Shown: piece by piece, positions 41,978-56,322 of the stretch
How the letters are laid out: each line of letters begins with the position of its first letter
Position numbering within the stretch: position 1 is the first letter of the stretch
Assembly (NCBI GenBank): GCA_021613535.1
Contig: CP075492.1
Span: 8,133,653-8,197,652, forward strand
Direction: 5' to 3'
From: Adineta vaga
Lineage: Eukaryota > Animalia > Rotifera
DNA: 64,000 bases
Translations under genes and position numbers: made by a program
Notes under the pieces: generated by a model
The model's input: only the letters and a program-made list of their open reading frames with translations
What the model was told of the DNA's origin: nothing
The model's database searches: none

Positions 41978-43457
41978 ATAGAAGGAGCATTACATACGAT
42001 TGTTGAAAAAAAATGCAACTCCTAACATTATATCACTCAGTAGATATCTAAATATTAAATGTTTTAAATTTTTTTGTTTTCTGCACAAAAACTTTTTTAT
42101 TTATTTTACAAAATAAAGTAATAAATAAAAACAAACTTCTAAGTTTCTACAAGATTTCAAGCGAGAAATATCATCGATACTCTATGACGCATAATCTTGA
42201 TGATTTACTTTAGAAATTATAAAAAGAATAAACAATTATCGAAACAAAACTGTATCTTTTCTTGTGCTTTACGTTATTTTCTGTAACACTTTCTAGTGTA
42301 TTTTAATGTATCATATGAAAACTTCTTTCATACTTCTCTATTGACTTTCAAATAGTCATTGATCTAAATAGTTTTCTACCATGAAAAACTAACCGACATA
42401 CAAAATTGATCACACCCGAGATGTTTACTTTTTTACGGAAACGGTAACATTGTATTTTCTGCTAAAATTTGTTTAACATTATCACTGAATATTTACACTA
42501 GATGTGATTATGTTCAAAAACATGGAAGAAAATGACCGATTTCCATGGTACTGTTATTCAATGAAAAACATCTCCACTAAGTTTCTTTTTTTGTAAAATC
42601 CATATAAAGGACAGACAAGCAAAAACATACCATTTCATTTTTAGTTAGAAAAAATAGAGGATCAGATTGCTTTGAATAAAGACATACTTCAGACGAGTTA
42701 TTGAATTTCTTAAACATCGAGCAGGTATCGTTATGAATATGAGTTAGAGATAATTTTTTTGTCTATTGCTCAGATTTTTCAAAAAACAATTTTTATCTTT
42801 ATTTTATATATTTCCAGAGAGAACAATCCTTCAAGAAACCTTTGGTCAATAATAAATATTTACATCTATGACATACGATAGCTAAATTTTGAAATTTTTC
42901 TAATATTACAAGTCATATAATATTTATTAATATTTATATATTGTCAAAACAGACTGAGATTTCTTCTATTAACGTGAAGAATAACGTCATAGGTTGTCTT
43001 TTCCTTCGATTAATACTATGCTTTTAAGAGTTTTTGTGACATACTATAACTTTTTAATAGATAAATCATAAACGTCAGCATTCACCCATTTCAATAGTAT
43101 TTACTTTCCACCTATGATTTCTGTATGAGATTTGACATTATTTCGAGGAAAACTTTGTGTATTAACGTTCTCAATTCTAATATTTGCACACATTCTGTAT
43201 GCATAGAAAGAAAATAATTCTCTTTTTAATCTTCTATTTTCATAAATAGTCACTTTCACAGAATCTCTGAACTTATATTCTCATAAAAATTCATATTTAT
43301 GAACAGTTAAAAGGTCGTGTATTTAACACAAATGACGTATAGAAGATCATATTTCAAAATCTTCAAGATTACAAAAAGTTTTTAAAAATTTTGTTTTTAG
43401 AATACTAAGTGCATTTGGTGCTAGAAAAATCTTGGAAATCAACCGATAACAATCAGC

Positions 43458-44006
43458 ATGGCTCATCAGAAACAAATTACAACACAACAACCAACAAATC
43501 ACGGAAGTTCAAGCAATCCGTTTCTTGTACCAACCGTACAATGGTCAGCTGGATTATATGACTGCTGTAATGACATGAGTGAATGTATGTATTCCTTTTA
43601 TATCAGATGAAATAGTAGAATAAAGAAAGTAACAACTTCTAAGACATAAATGAACATTAGAGTGAGTGACAGATCAACTTTTAAAATGATTCCTATGTCG
43701 TTAGGTTGCTATGCATACTTATGTCCATGCTGTTTTATGCATTCTTTGGGTAAAAGTATCAATGAAGAATCATTATGTGGCTGTTGTATTCCAAATCAAG
43801 CGGGAGTTTATCGTATGAAAATCCGAACGGCTCTTCATATTGAAGTATGTTTCTATTCTTTACAACAATAGAAAGATAAACAAAAAAACATTTGAATTAA
43901 TTTACATTAGGGTACGGCAATGAACGACTGCTTTACTGTTGCTTTCTGTGGAGTCTGTGCTGCTGTTCAAATGAAACTTGAATTAAAAAATCGTGGTCTG
44001 GCCTGA
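43458..44006 (+). CDS. PLAC8 (cornifelin/FW2.2-like) Cys-rich domain protein, 3 exons (43458..43588, 43673..43844, 43911..44006), ~132 aa
   Basis: QWSAGLYDCCNDMSEC...YLCPCCFMHSLGK...ESLCGCCIPNQAGVYRMKIRTALHIE...MNDCFTVAFCGVCAAVQMKLELKNRG is the PLAC8 CC/CxxC pattern. Donors GTATTC and GTATGT, acceptors gtgacag| and ttacattag|. Frame-consistent. Confidence 0.55.
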
Positions 44007-44327
44007 TTCTACCATCAAATTTATATAAAATCTTTGAACACTCTTTAAAAATATGACACACATTATTAATCATTCGAAATAAATATTCTATTATTGACTA
44101 AGATTGAAATCATAAAGAAACAATTGTTCAATGACGATCGTACATTGAGAGTCGATAGAATCAAAACAAAAGGACGAATACATCATATATACATTCATTC
44201 TTTTTCTCATATCCTTCATAAGAACAACAATCATTTACTCACGTGTTCCATAGCGTGTCTAATACGACCAAAAGAATATATCAAGAAAGCTATTCATGCA
44301 TATTTTCTTTGAAATTTTCGAGTTCAA

Positions 44328-45398
44328 ATGATTTTCATCATTTTCTTATGGATTTTAATAATAAAGATCATCTATGACAATGAACAATGTCATTCTATTA
44401 CAAAATCAATATCATTTCATAGGACTCGAAATCTTTCATCAAATCAATCGATGATTGATTCACGATTAAAACTTCATCATATGACTATTCTTGGTACTCA
44501 TAATAGTTATCATAAAGCAACACGATTTTATAAATATAAACATTCAAATCTTGACGTACAATTAATGTCTGGTATTCGACAAATTGAATTAGATATTCAT
44601 ATAATGGCGAAGAATTATGTTGTTTATCATTTACAATTTCTTGATGATCAAACAAATTGTTATTGTTTTAAGGATTGTTTATTAAAAATTCGACAATGGA
44701 GTGAACAAAATCAAAATCATTATCCAATTTTTTTATTTATCGAAATCAAAGAACGATTTTATGAAGATTTTCTCACAGCATTTCATGGTGGTCTTCAATG
44801 TCAACATTTTCAATCGATGAAAGAGCAAATTTTACAAATCTTTCCATACGATTTCTTAATCTTACCCGATTTCATTCGTGGACATCATCATTCAATTAAT
44901 ATTGCTTTAAAACACCAACGACAAGATGAAAGCCGTGGAAATTATGTTTATAAAAACTACGGATGGCCTCCAGTCTCATTGTCATTAGGAAAAATTTTAA
45001 TTAGTTTCATTGATGATCAATATAATTTAGTTGCTGATTTAATATCAACATGTCAACCATTATACAATTTCTTTTTCATAGTTCAAGAAAATGTTAGTCG
45101 TCCCTATGCATCAATTATTAACATACGAAATCCATTAGGAAATGAACAACTCATTCTTTCTAGTCAAAATCATGGACAAATAACTCGAACATTAATCGGT
45201 CATGGTAATAAACAAGCGTTCTATCGATATATTCAAGCACGAAGATATGGTGTTCATATAATTAGTACTGATTTTGTTCAATGTAATCATTCATGTTTAT
45301 GTGAAAGTATTCGAAATGATTTTCAAAATTCATCATCAAATTTATGTAATCAGATTGTTGCTCCATCATTTTGTTATTTAACGAATTCATTTCTTTGA
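44328..45398 (+). CDS. PI-PLC X-domain-like (PLC-like phosphodiesterase TIM-barrel) protein with an N-terminal hydrophobic leader, 356 aa, intronless
   Basis: ATG at 44328. N-terminal IFIIFLWILIIKII. MTILGTHNSYH matches the catalytic-His motif of PI-PLC X domains. A second His region is IRQIELDIHI. Confidence 0.5.
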   Translation: MIFIIFLWILIIKIIYDNEQCHSITKSISFHRTRNLSSNQSMIDSRLKLHHMTILGTHNSYHKATRFYKYKHSNLDVQLMSGIRQIELDIHIMAKNYVVYHLQFLDDQTNCYCFKDCLLKIRQWSEQNQNHYPIFLFIEIKERFYEDFLTAFHGGLQCQHFQSMKEQILQIFPYDFLILPDFIRGHHHSINIALKHQRQDESRGNYVYKNYGWPPVSLSLGKILISFIDDQYNLVADLISTCQPLYNFFFIVQENVSRPYASIINIRNPLGNEQLILSSQNHGQITRTLIGHGNKQAFYRYIQARRYGVHIISTDFVQCNHSCLCESIRNDFQNSSSNLCNQIVAPSFCYLTNSFL

Positions 45399-45485
45399 TA
45401 AATTACATTTTTCCTTGTCATTTTATCAAACAAAGATACTAAAAAGAAAACAAAACAACAACAAATAAACATCTCGATAAATTCA

Positions 45486-47039
45486 TTCTAAGAAATAAGT
45501 TGTTTTGATTTCAATTGAGATTTGGCTGTAGCAAGACGTCGTTCTAAATATTCAATATCTCTTTCAAGTTCATCTTCTTCATCTTCTTGATTCGTTGAAA
45601 GAATCTTTCGCATTGGACTATTTGGAAGTGTTGGATGATGAAGAACTAAAAATACATAGATGAAGAAATTTTTGTTTTGAAATATGAAGGAAAAAAAACC
45701 TATTTACATTCAGAACGTTCGAAATTTTGTAGAAATGTTTTTGTCATTGCTAATTCAAGTTTAAGTTCATTTTGACGATGTTTTAATTGTATTAATCGTT
45801 GTTGATGAGTTGATTTATCCGAAATCTAATTATATAAATTAGAAGATAGACATTTTTTGTATTGTTTCCTAATCGAATACTTACGATTGGACTATTCCAA
45901 GAACCGTTACTATTCGTTCGTCGATCTTCTAAAACAAACAAATAAAGGTTAAGTATTTCCATTTGAATTCATTTATATTTACCTTTCCGTATGGATTTAT
46001 TACGTGTTTTAACTGAATTATTTGCATTTGTAATATTTGTTGGCATTGACGCGAGCATTTCTTCGAGTATTGTATTACCCATTGATTCATAACCACTTGA
46101 ACTGGCACGACCAGATGCTGATGAAGCTGTACTACTTGTTGTTAATGGCATTAGATCATCATGAGAATCTAATGTTACTGTTAATGGTGATATTAAAGGT
46201 GATGATGGTGGTGATTGAATAACAATCGTTGGTTGAGGTTGTTGGGATGAACGTAAACCGAATAAACGTTGCAAAATTGATGGACGAGATGTTGTTTCAG
46301 CTAGACTGGTTGTACGTAAAGGTATTTGAGGTTTTTTTGTTGATGTACGTGAACGTCGTGTTCTTGGAATAATAAAAGGTGAATTGGGTACTGATGGATG
46401 AGAATTATCCATGGAAAGAATTTTATCAAAACGTGTAGGAGAAACAATTCGTGATAGTCGTTTCGTTTTCTCATCGGTAGACATTAAGGATGATAAATGA
46501 TCAATACGATTCAATGATTTACTCATTGTTGATTGACAATCAGGTGAATGTGGTACAATAGGTGATGGTACTAATAATGTTTCTAAAGTTTTTTCTAACA
46601 TTTCTAAATCATCATTTAATTTATTTGTACTTAGTTTTAAATTTAATTTTGATGAATCAGTTATCATTAAAGGTTTAGGTTTCGTCGGCAATTGACTTGA
46701 ACGAAATGGTAGTAATGAATGATCTTTAAATACGGGTAAGACAGGTAGATGACAATGTGAACTAACAACAGATTCAGTATCGAAATTATTGGATGAAATG
46801 TGATCTTCTTGATCATATGGAGAATATGAGGAAAGTTTAGCTTTAATATGCATCGGTTTTGAACGATGTTTCGGAGTTGATCTATTGGAAGAGATTTTTG
46901 GTGAACAAGGAACGAATTGACGTGGACCATCGATCCAAATTTCTTTTTTATGATGTGAAGCACTTAGTGGGCCATCAACCCAAATTTCTTCATGAGGACG
47001 ATTTATTACTGTTTCAATCGAAGTTGAATCACGCGACAT
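45486..47039 (-). CDS. Multi-exon gene for a Ser/Pro-rich, probably disordered protein with two EIW(V/I)DGP motifs and a C-terminal coiled coil
   Basis: ATG on the minus strand at 47039. The large first exon (to ~45969) contains EIWVDGPLSASHHKKEIWIDGPRQF. Downstream exons encode coiled-coil heptads (ISDKSTHQQRLIQLKHRQNELKLELAMTKTFLQNF; EDEEDELERDIEYLERRLATAKSQLKSKQLIS*). Exon borders are not fully traced. Confidence 0.4.
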
Positions 47040-47099
47040 CTAAAAAAGCGATCAATTATCACATTTTAGATGTATATATATATTCTTACTTTCGATTGA

Positions 47100-48858
47100 T
47101 TTCTTCGTAGTTTAAGTAATCGGTGAATTTTCGAATAGGATTTCAATTGTTTATCGTTTGTGATAGTTGCTAATATATACAAAAAATGTTCTTCAATATT
47201 AATCACGTATTCATGGAAGATTGATGTTAAAGAGAATAATGATTGTTCGTGACTATTGCGTGGACTATTATACAAAAAAAAGAAGAAGAAGAATATGCTT
47301 AGTAGACATATATGTACATGTGTTAAAAACATTAACGAAGAAGAAAGACATATGTATAATAATGTAATTAGTTGAAGATGGCATCGAAGTAAAACTTACT
47401 TAGATGAATGGAACGATTGTTTCTGTCTATTTGACGGTAAAGATAATGACAATGACATGAGAAGATTAGAAAATTCTTCGAGATTTGCTCTTTCAGCATA
47501 GTTATCATTTGTTGAAAGTATATGAAGTTGTACGCAATGCTTATTGGATGAACGATTTATAAGATGAAATGTTATTAATAGAGGATAAGATTGATGATCT
47601 ATACACAGTTGTTTCAAATAATCAGATGTTTCAATTGGACAAACAATTGAATAATCACTGGGTAATAAAATAAATTTTCCTATTCGAAACGAGAAAAGAA
47701 AACATTCGATCGTTGGATAAAAAAATCATTATTAAAAAAAAAAGAAATACCTCTTGCTGTAAGATTGTCACTTGGAAATTCTTGTATACTAACACGAAGC
47801 AAAAGACTTTTATTTTGTTCGTTAATGAAACGATGTAAAGCGATTAATGTTAATGAAATAAGAGTAGTTTGCAATTGAATAACTATAAACAAAAATTATA
47901 TCATCAGAAAAGATAACTATCTTTTCTTTTACTTACTTTCACAAGATTGACCAGAAAGGATAATTAATGTATTGATATAATTCGTTGTTATACGTGAAAT
48001 ATATTGCTCAAATATACATTCACTAATGTTCGTTGTCTGTTCATTACAAGAAAAGATCTGCTCGAATGGTTGTTGTTGCTTGTCATCTAATGAACACAAA
48101 CATCGTAGACCGAGTCTAATCTAAACAATGCGACACGTATATATATATATGTATATAGAATTATCATTATCATCATCAGACAGAGGATTCACTTGGGATA
48201 TTATTCGTCTCAAAAGTCATTGTCAATTCGATTCGGACAGAGTCTTTTTTACTGATGCATCCGTTTTCTTATGTGTCCAGTCGATAGAGACAAAATTGAA
48301 TGAACAGAGACCAATTATCATATTTGGTTACATCGGTCATCCAAAAGAAGAAAAAGAAGAGAATTGTTTCTATAATCGATGTCTGTATCTGATTATGGAC
48401 AAGAGGAAAGCATATACGTATAACATCGATTTTTTTCCTTCTTCCCTCTTCTCTCTGTTTAGTTTTTTTTTATGATTTCATAATTGCTCTGTATAACATT
48501 CATTCAAGGATCATATTCAATTGATATCTATCTATATAACGACGTAACAAGAGTCACGGGCTATTTGTCACACATAGATGTGCATTAGGTCGAAGGACTT
48601 CTAACATATATATGTGTATGATAATAGTAGATCAACATAGGTTTTTTTTCTTACTCGTGATGATGAAGCGGATTTTTTTTGTGTCAATTGGAGATGATGG
48701 TTATTATCATAAATAGTCAAACTAGATGACTGAAGATGATTGACGGATGATGAAGAAGGAGAAGAAATCGATGGCGGTTGAAGCGGCATTGGTTGCGTAA
48801 GTCCGATCGTATACTTATGGTCATCGTTGATCATCATTCGTTGTAGCGATGAGGGCAT
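47100..48858 (-). CDS. Uncharacterised multi-exon gene (first exon 48650..48858, then a ~520-nt intron, then exons at ~48118..47934, 47892..47750, 47680..47399, 47332..~47100)
   Basis: ATG at 48858 (MPSSLQRMMINDD...). Donors CGA|gtaagaaaaaaaacc, A|gtaagtaaaag, G|gtatttc, AA|gtaagtttt. Acceptors ttgtttag, ttgtttatag, tcgaatag. No recognisable domain. The plus-strand ORF 48128..48475 lies inside its long intron and is probably spurious. Confidence 0.35.
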
Positions 48859-51800
48859 ACTGAAAAAAAAAGGAATCGTTGAGAAAGAGAAAAGACATAG
48901 CTCTAATTTCTTCTTGATTAAACAAAGAGATGTGTCATCATTTTCTTTTTCGATGTGTTAGAGAGAATGACGCAAGGATATGGTTATGTCGAATACATTG
49001 AAGTATTAGAAAAGCAAATACACATCACATCTGTATATATTGAACACTGATCTGCAAGGTTAGACATGATCTCTTCTGACATATTCTACAATTTCATTCG
49101 ATGATATACATATTAAAAGAGGAGAAGAAGAAGAAAAAAAAAGGAGAAAAGAGCGATGACTCGATCAATAGGATGTTGTATGTAAATATCTGATTCTCGT
49201 TCTTTTTTTTTTGATGTACAAATGACACACTTGTCCTGTAATCCGGTTCCGGTATGCGTCTACCTCGTATGCATACTAATGAAGACGATTTGTTTTTTTT
49301 TCTTGCTGAAATGTCTATTAAATTAATTATCAATTTTGTCTATGTCTTCTTTGCTAATAAAATTATCTCATCTTCGGAGACGACTATGATAAGAAAAACT
49401 AAGAACTACAAATGATTTGATTCCTTTTTTTTCTCTTCTCTATTAATTCATACCAATTAAAAAGTAAGGCATATGGTGTTATCTTCAATTGTCACTTGAC
49501 TATGTTATGTTTACTTCAATTCACGGTCAATTAGAAACAAGTATATATGTTCGAAACTCCGCCTTTTTCTTACACATATATTCCCTCAATTGTATGTTCA
49601 TCATTAACGAAAAGAATCTCTTATTATAACAATGATCTAGCGTGACCATCTGTCCTTCTCTGACAAGAAAAGAAGAAAGTTTAATTAATTTTAGCTTACA
49701 AATCAACAATATCAAGGTTGACGTTATCCAATGAAAAGGTTTACTAAACGTTTTTCTTTTTTAGAACAAAAAAAAGTCAAATGAATGAATTAGAAAAGTA
49801 AAGGAAGCATATGTCTCGCATTGATGAAGAAGAAGAAGAATTTTCTTTTTCAATCTTACCTTAAAGTCAATAAGAGAAACTGGAACGTAGTCAGTCAATG
49901 AAAATGATGTAATCAAGCAGAGTAGTTGGCTGAGCACGGCACATCCGGCTTCAAAGCATCTTTTGATTTAACGAATAGAGAAGAAAAATGGAAGAGAGAC
50001 AGAGAAAAGTATGCATACACGAGAACGAGAGAAAGAAGGTGTCACATAAAGGACCCAATGCCTAACTAATCATCAGCACACACTTCTCTTGTCTACTTAC
50101 TGATTGAATAGAGAATGAAAATGAACGAAGAAGGATAAGAATGGTCAGTAGAACAAATATGTACCGGAATTGCTTTTAGCTTCTATTCATTACAAAAGAA
50201 ACTGAATATACGGGTTTTTTTTCTTCTTCTTCTATATATTTAAGCTAAAAAAAAGAACACTGAATATATTCTTGATATGAAAAGAATGTAGAGATAGTAA
50301 TGATCTATCATCAATCAATGACCTTTTACATTCTCATAAGATATCTGACAAGAATTAATTCAATAAATTAACTCACTCCGCCCGTTTTTTTCCTCTCTTT
50401 TTGTTTTCTAATGTGAAGTTTAAGACTAGACATACTTGCTGAGAAGTGTTAATGACAATAATTATCAGAAAGAATGTTTGGATCATCAGGAAGTTATGTC
50501 GGAAAAGTTCAAAAAGAATGAAGTCTGGCAAGAAAAAACAGCTGACCTTGCTTATTCAATCTATTCCTTTCTTACTTGTGATTGTCTCGACCACTGAAAT
50601 AGATAACATAGACATATATATCATCATCGTATTGTCTAAAGATCAACACTTACGATGTCATTCGTTGATGATGTCTTCGTTTCATATTTGACGTGAGAAT
50701 GATGGGTCGAAAATAAAATGTAGTGACAGGTAACGAAGGTAAATGACGATACTAAAATAACAATTTATGTAATAAAAACGAGACAAATATTTGAGCATCC
50801 AAGGTGAATGTATAAGAAAAGAAAAATGACAAATATATATATATTCTACATGAGGACAGAGAAGAGAAAAAAATTATGATTGACAATATCAAATTGGCTT
50901 CACTCTACATGTTTTCTTTCTCATGGAAATAGACATATCAAAATGGATTGGATACGGTGACTTACATCAATTGAATAATTGAAATTTGTATTCCGGTTTT
51001 GTTTGGAACTAAAAAGATATATAATCTTTGATTGAAATATTTGTATCTTGTACATATTTATGAAATAAGAGAAAAGATCATTATTGACTGTCTTCTCGAA
51101 CGAAAAAAGAAAAAAAAAGAACGATCGTTTTTGATTTTCAAGGATATCATTTTTTTTCTCGTGGTTAAACTTACCTCATTACTGAATACAATTGTGATTG
51201 TAACTAAATTATCTTCTATGTTTGTCGTTTTTATCGATTTCTATCCTCCAGATGTTATATGAGACAATACCTTGTCTTATCTTTGTTCTCCTATTGTCAA
51301 TTGTTTTATATGAAGAAATCTTCCGTGCACTTGAATAATATAAAACTTCTGTTCAATTCAACTGACTAATATTACGTATTCACTCACACATAGGTATAAG
51401 AGAACGAACAGATTTAACATGTCATATATATATAGACATCGAACGGTACAAGATGTTGCCTTCAATGTAGAAAAAATGAACATATCACGAACGAAAGATT
51501 CTTTCTTAATTGTTCTGATCATGTACTTTAAGATGACATACAAGCATTCTTTTTTTGTAGGTGTTGTCACTGAGCCTATCTTTCGTTGTAGGAATTATCG
51601 TTTTTGTTTCTGAATACGAAATTGAATTATAGATCACTACATATATATATATGTATTACACTCTGTTGCACAATTGAACTTCTTTTATTCATATGTCTAT
51701 TGAGTATTTTCCAGCTGTTGCCTGTCTTCTATTTCAAATCAAATTGAACATTGTTATATCAAACATCTATTAGATTTTTCTTTGTTGATCTGTTAATGCT

Positions 51801-52502
51801 TTTCAAATAAGCATGTGGAGACATTAACACTTTTTATTTCTATTGTAATAACATCAATGAGAAATAAGAGCAAGAATGATTTAAACATTACTATTTAACA
51901 ACTAAAACAAAACTAGATTCTATTCATTTAGATACATTCAGATGTGATATATTTGTACTAAATCATGTTTATGATCTACTTAGAATAGTAACAATTAAAT
52001 TCAAGTAAACTTCAAAACATAGTTTCATGCAAAAACAACTTCGTAACATCATTTTTCACTGCTGTTATCTATTTTAACATTTGAACTATCTCTACACATT
52101 TCCGTTTCCAATTAACTATTCATTTAGAAGTGAAATGTTCTGTGAACAAAATACCTACCTACCTATATGCAAAGAGCGTGTATTTTCACCCTTATTTCAA
52201 TGTTTTTGATTGCACTGAGAAAATTCGTGTACTCCTCGTTTAGGTCACACTGTTACTTTGATTTCTCGATGTAAACAAGTAGTTTCAAGACAAATTCGTC
52301 TATTGCAAAATAATTTTTAATTTAAATGTAGAACGAAACATAATAGAAAATTTCAGACGATATATATTGATGAAATTGACAAGGTGATGCATATTTGTTT
52401 TTTTTCGGTCGAGAATTTTATTTCTTTTTTTAACATGTTTAAATAATGCAGGCGAAAAAATATAACTACTTATTAAAATGCAAAAACAAAACATCTACAC
52501 AG

Positions 52503-53756
52503 TTAATTAAGTCTAACACTTGTTTGATGTCTTCTAGCAATGACATTTATATTTTGAATATCAAGTTCATATGTATCAGACATAGCTGATATTGGATTGA
52601 AATTTACAGGAATTGATACTGGATGACAATGAAATTGTTCATTCATAGATGATGAATGTGAAAGATTCGATTTCTTATTAAATGCATGAGAAACAATTGA
52701 AGAATCAATAGACATTGGAATATAATGTGTTCCCGATGGATGTAAAACAAATATGGGAACTTTCGTTTTTTCAATGGAATTTTCTTCATCATCAATGGAA
52801 AATTGAAAAATATTATCATGATCATGAACTGTTTGAACATTAGATATTGTACACATATGTTCATCCGAATTTGATGGTCTTGGTTTTGAATCGAGAAGTT
52901 TTTTTCTCTCTGGTAAAACTAAAATCAAAAACAAAATGAATTCTATAAATCAATAGTTTTCAATTGATTACTAACGAGTTAAATCTGTTAATTCAATTTC
53001 TTTTTCGGTACTGAATTGAATGAAATCAGGAAGAATTCGATTGTGAGGAGGATGTTTTTCAAGATATTCATATGTATCACATATACTATTGTAATAACCA
53101 GAACGATATGCATCGAGTTTCATAAGCGATTGTTTTTCAGGATTGATCGATTCTGTTGAATAGAAATAGATTCAAAGGAATGAAAAAATGTACTTAGATT
53201 ACCTGCTTTTTGATTCGAGGAAACTAAATTACGAATATGTGTAATGGCCATTTCAATAATTTCAGTTTTTTCGATACGTCTCTGATTCTATGATGAAAAT
53301 ATGTATGCTATGAATGGAATTTAGAGATATTACTTCGGATCGTTTATGAGGTATTAGTTCTAATAGACTACCAAGACTAGTATTCATTCGATCACGGCGA
53401 CGTTTTTCAATTAATCTGTGTGGTTTAGGAGTCTAGATTGAATTAAAAAGAACGATTCTTCTTTCTATCATTATCTTCATAACTAACTTTATGTGTCGAT
53501 CGTTTTCGTCGTTGTTGTTGTTGTTGATTCTGTTGATCTTTTGTTGTACTCGTTTTTCGATGTCTATGGAGAAAGAAGCATTCATATAAGACATGAATTT
53601 CTTTGTAAGATCAACGTACTCTGTTTGATCACTAAAATCATCGAACATTGAATCGCACTCTGAATGATCATCAAGGATAATCTGTAAATGTGATGAAGAT
53701 GATAAGCATTCGTGCGATACTATTTCACTATTAACAGCACATCTTCTAGCTGACAT
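52503..53756 (-). CDS. Hairy/E(spl)-related bHLH-Orange transcription factor (Hes/Hey-like), multi-exon
   Basis: The basic-HLH reads TPKPHRLIEKRRRDRMNTSLGSLLELIPHKRSE | NQRRIEKTEIIEMAITHIRNL (compare KP..EKRRR.RIN.SL.QL; KLEKA.ILE.TV.HL). It is split by an intron at GAA|gtaatatc...atcatag. The downstream region contains an Orange-like helix pair. No C-terminal WRPW was seen in the terminal ORF (ends ...RHQTSVRLN*). Confidence 0.55.
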
Positions 53757-56322
53757 GGTCAGAAAATCTTCAAGAGTGGCTTGTGTTAAAGAACTGATGT
53801 TCTAATAATTCGCTGATAATACTAGAAAAAAGAGAAAAAGAGTGTTTTTTTGTTTGTTTAATAAACATTGAATGCAAAACAAACGACAATGTACATATAT
53901 ATCATTTAAAAGAAATATAAAGGATATAAATATGTATATTTTGATTCTTTTCTGTTTTATAAACTAATCATCACATGTGTTACCTACATTTTTATTTTTT
54001 TTCCTTATTTATCTATGACATAGTCCGTACGTATACTCATATAGATGGCTATATACATTATCTAATCTTGGCGTTAAGAAAAAAATATGCGCCTATTTAC
54101 TCGAAGAAAAGAGACATAAACTCACGAGATAAGATATTTCGTTTAATGTACGCAAAATTTTTTCTAAACTTCTCTACACTGTTGAGTTCACAAGGATAAA
54201 TAATAACAATTGTTTGAAGTATTTGTAAATATTCAATAATGTTTGCAATATTACAGTGGATAAAAGCTAGAAATAGTAGCTGTTTCATTAACATAGAAGT
54301 GAATAAATCGTTGAAATTCGTTCATTTACTATTTTTTTAATTTCCATATTGTCCAAGTAAAGAGAAAAATTAGACTACGAACTAATGTATTAATAACTGG
54401 TATTATCTGACAGAAAAAAATCCTATTCTGTAATACTTATCTCAGGTGTGAATAACACGAATCGGTTGCAAGAAAAAGCTGAAGTGAGAAAAAAGAATTG
54501 CATTGATTGTTTTTTTTTCCTTTCTTTTTAAATAGCATATATGTCAATTTGACCCGATTGATTATTTACATGGCACAACTCACGAGTCGAATTCTTATGT
54601 CACATTGAAACTTTATTTGCATATTCGACGCGCGTAGAAGAATTTTCTTCTCAATTCTTTCGAACCATAAAAATAGAAAATGGTAGACTCGTCTATTGTG
54701 TATATATTTCGAGAGATATAACTATCCCTATGAAGGTTACTAACGATATATACGTGACAGACACGTGCTATCGACTTTGTCTTTATGAAAAGCTAATCAA
54801 TTGTCTCTTTACCTATCGTCTATGTCAAACTGAAAAGAAAGTTCAAAAAGACATATTATATTTACCGTAATAGTTCTAAATGAAAATGAAATCTTTTCTT
54901 TATATGTTTTTCAAATAATAAATGAGATGGGAGAAATTATTTACTCGATAATAGAAAAAAAGAATGGTATCAAGTCCAGTTATGTGACGTTTCGTTTTTT
55001 GTTCTTATCGTCAAAGTCTATATGCATGATACTCGTCCTATTACCTGTTTGTCTAACTCATGAATCTGTATCAATAAGTTTTTTATATGCTGATAAAAAG
55101 ATACTAACATGCAATAAGATTTTCTTCGAGAAATTTACGAATGGATAGCATTCATTTAGATTGAGAATTGCACGAGATTCTATTTGAATAATTGATGACA
55201 AGAGAACTTAGTAGGATGACGTATTTCTTCATTCTTTTTGCTTGTTCATTTCATTATTGAACAGATGTACAATAGGATAACATTGATTGAAACATATTCT
55301 CAACGTACTTCTCTCTCTCTCTCTATCAGTTAACGATGATGAAGGATAATCAAACATCAGGTGTATATAAACCTTATTTTCTTGGTTCATTACTTAATTG
55401 AATAGTACATAACGAATTTTTAGTGATACTATTTAATATACCTATGAAACATCAAATACTATCTTCTTCAGTTATTCTTGTAGGTTCTCATTTAAAAACT
55501 GTTAAATCGAACGATAATTTCTTTTTCATTCATCACGTGTTTTGTTTAACTAACTTTGTCATAGTTACTATTTATCTATTTCGCTCTTTTACTGAGTACA
55601 AAAGACTTTGTCATGTATAACTGAAGTGCAATTATTTATCGAACTATATCCTTTGACTAGTTATACATAGACATGAATGATGTAGTTGAATATTAGAGTA
55701 TAATATCGTTCTTTAATGAAAAAAAAAACTTTGGTGATGCATTTTCATAAATTATGGAGATAAAAGAACTGAAATTTACGTTTTTGCCTATAGTAAGTAA
55801 AGAAATATCTTGTTTTCAAGGTTAATATGAAGCAAAACAATCAAGCATTTCGAGATGAATAAAAAAAACGTGATCAATTTCTTTTGGCATACTTTTCTTA
55901 CTACTAAAACTATCAATATCAAAAAAATACATTAACAAAATGATACGATTAATGAAAGTGAGAAAAAAGGATGACTGACAGCGATATTATCAAATTTTTT
56001 ATTTGATATACTTGACTAAACACGTATTCATAAATATACCAATGGACGAATGATAATACACAATATTTTTCTCATGTTGAGATCGTATTTATACAGAAAA
56101 AACAAAGACTTTTCATGTAAGATCTATTTGAATAAATTCTGTCAGTTCATATAATAGATCATTTTTAAATATATCATCAATAAATAACATAAACATTCTA
56201 TGGGATATTAGAATAACAATATATTACAGATTTACATCCCAAATTTTAGTTTAGTTTTGTATCAAACTGTTTTTTGAAGAATATTGACTTGTATGTTGAT
56301 AGGGAATAATGATTATCCATCA

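Noticed and set aside
48128-48475. 115-aa plus-strand ORF
   Set aside because: It lies inside the ~520-nt intron of the minus-strand gene 47100..48858, is low complexity, and begins in an (AT)n/(TA)n tract.
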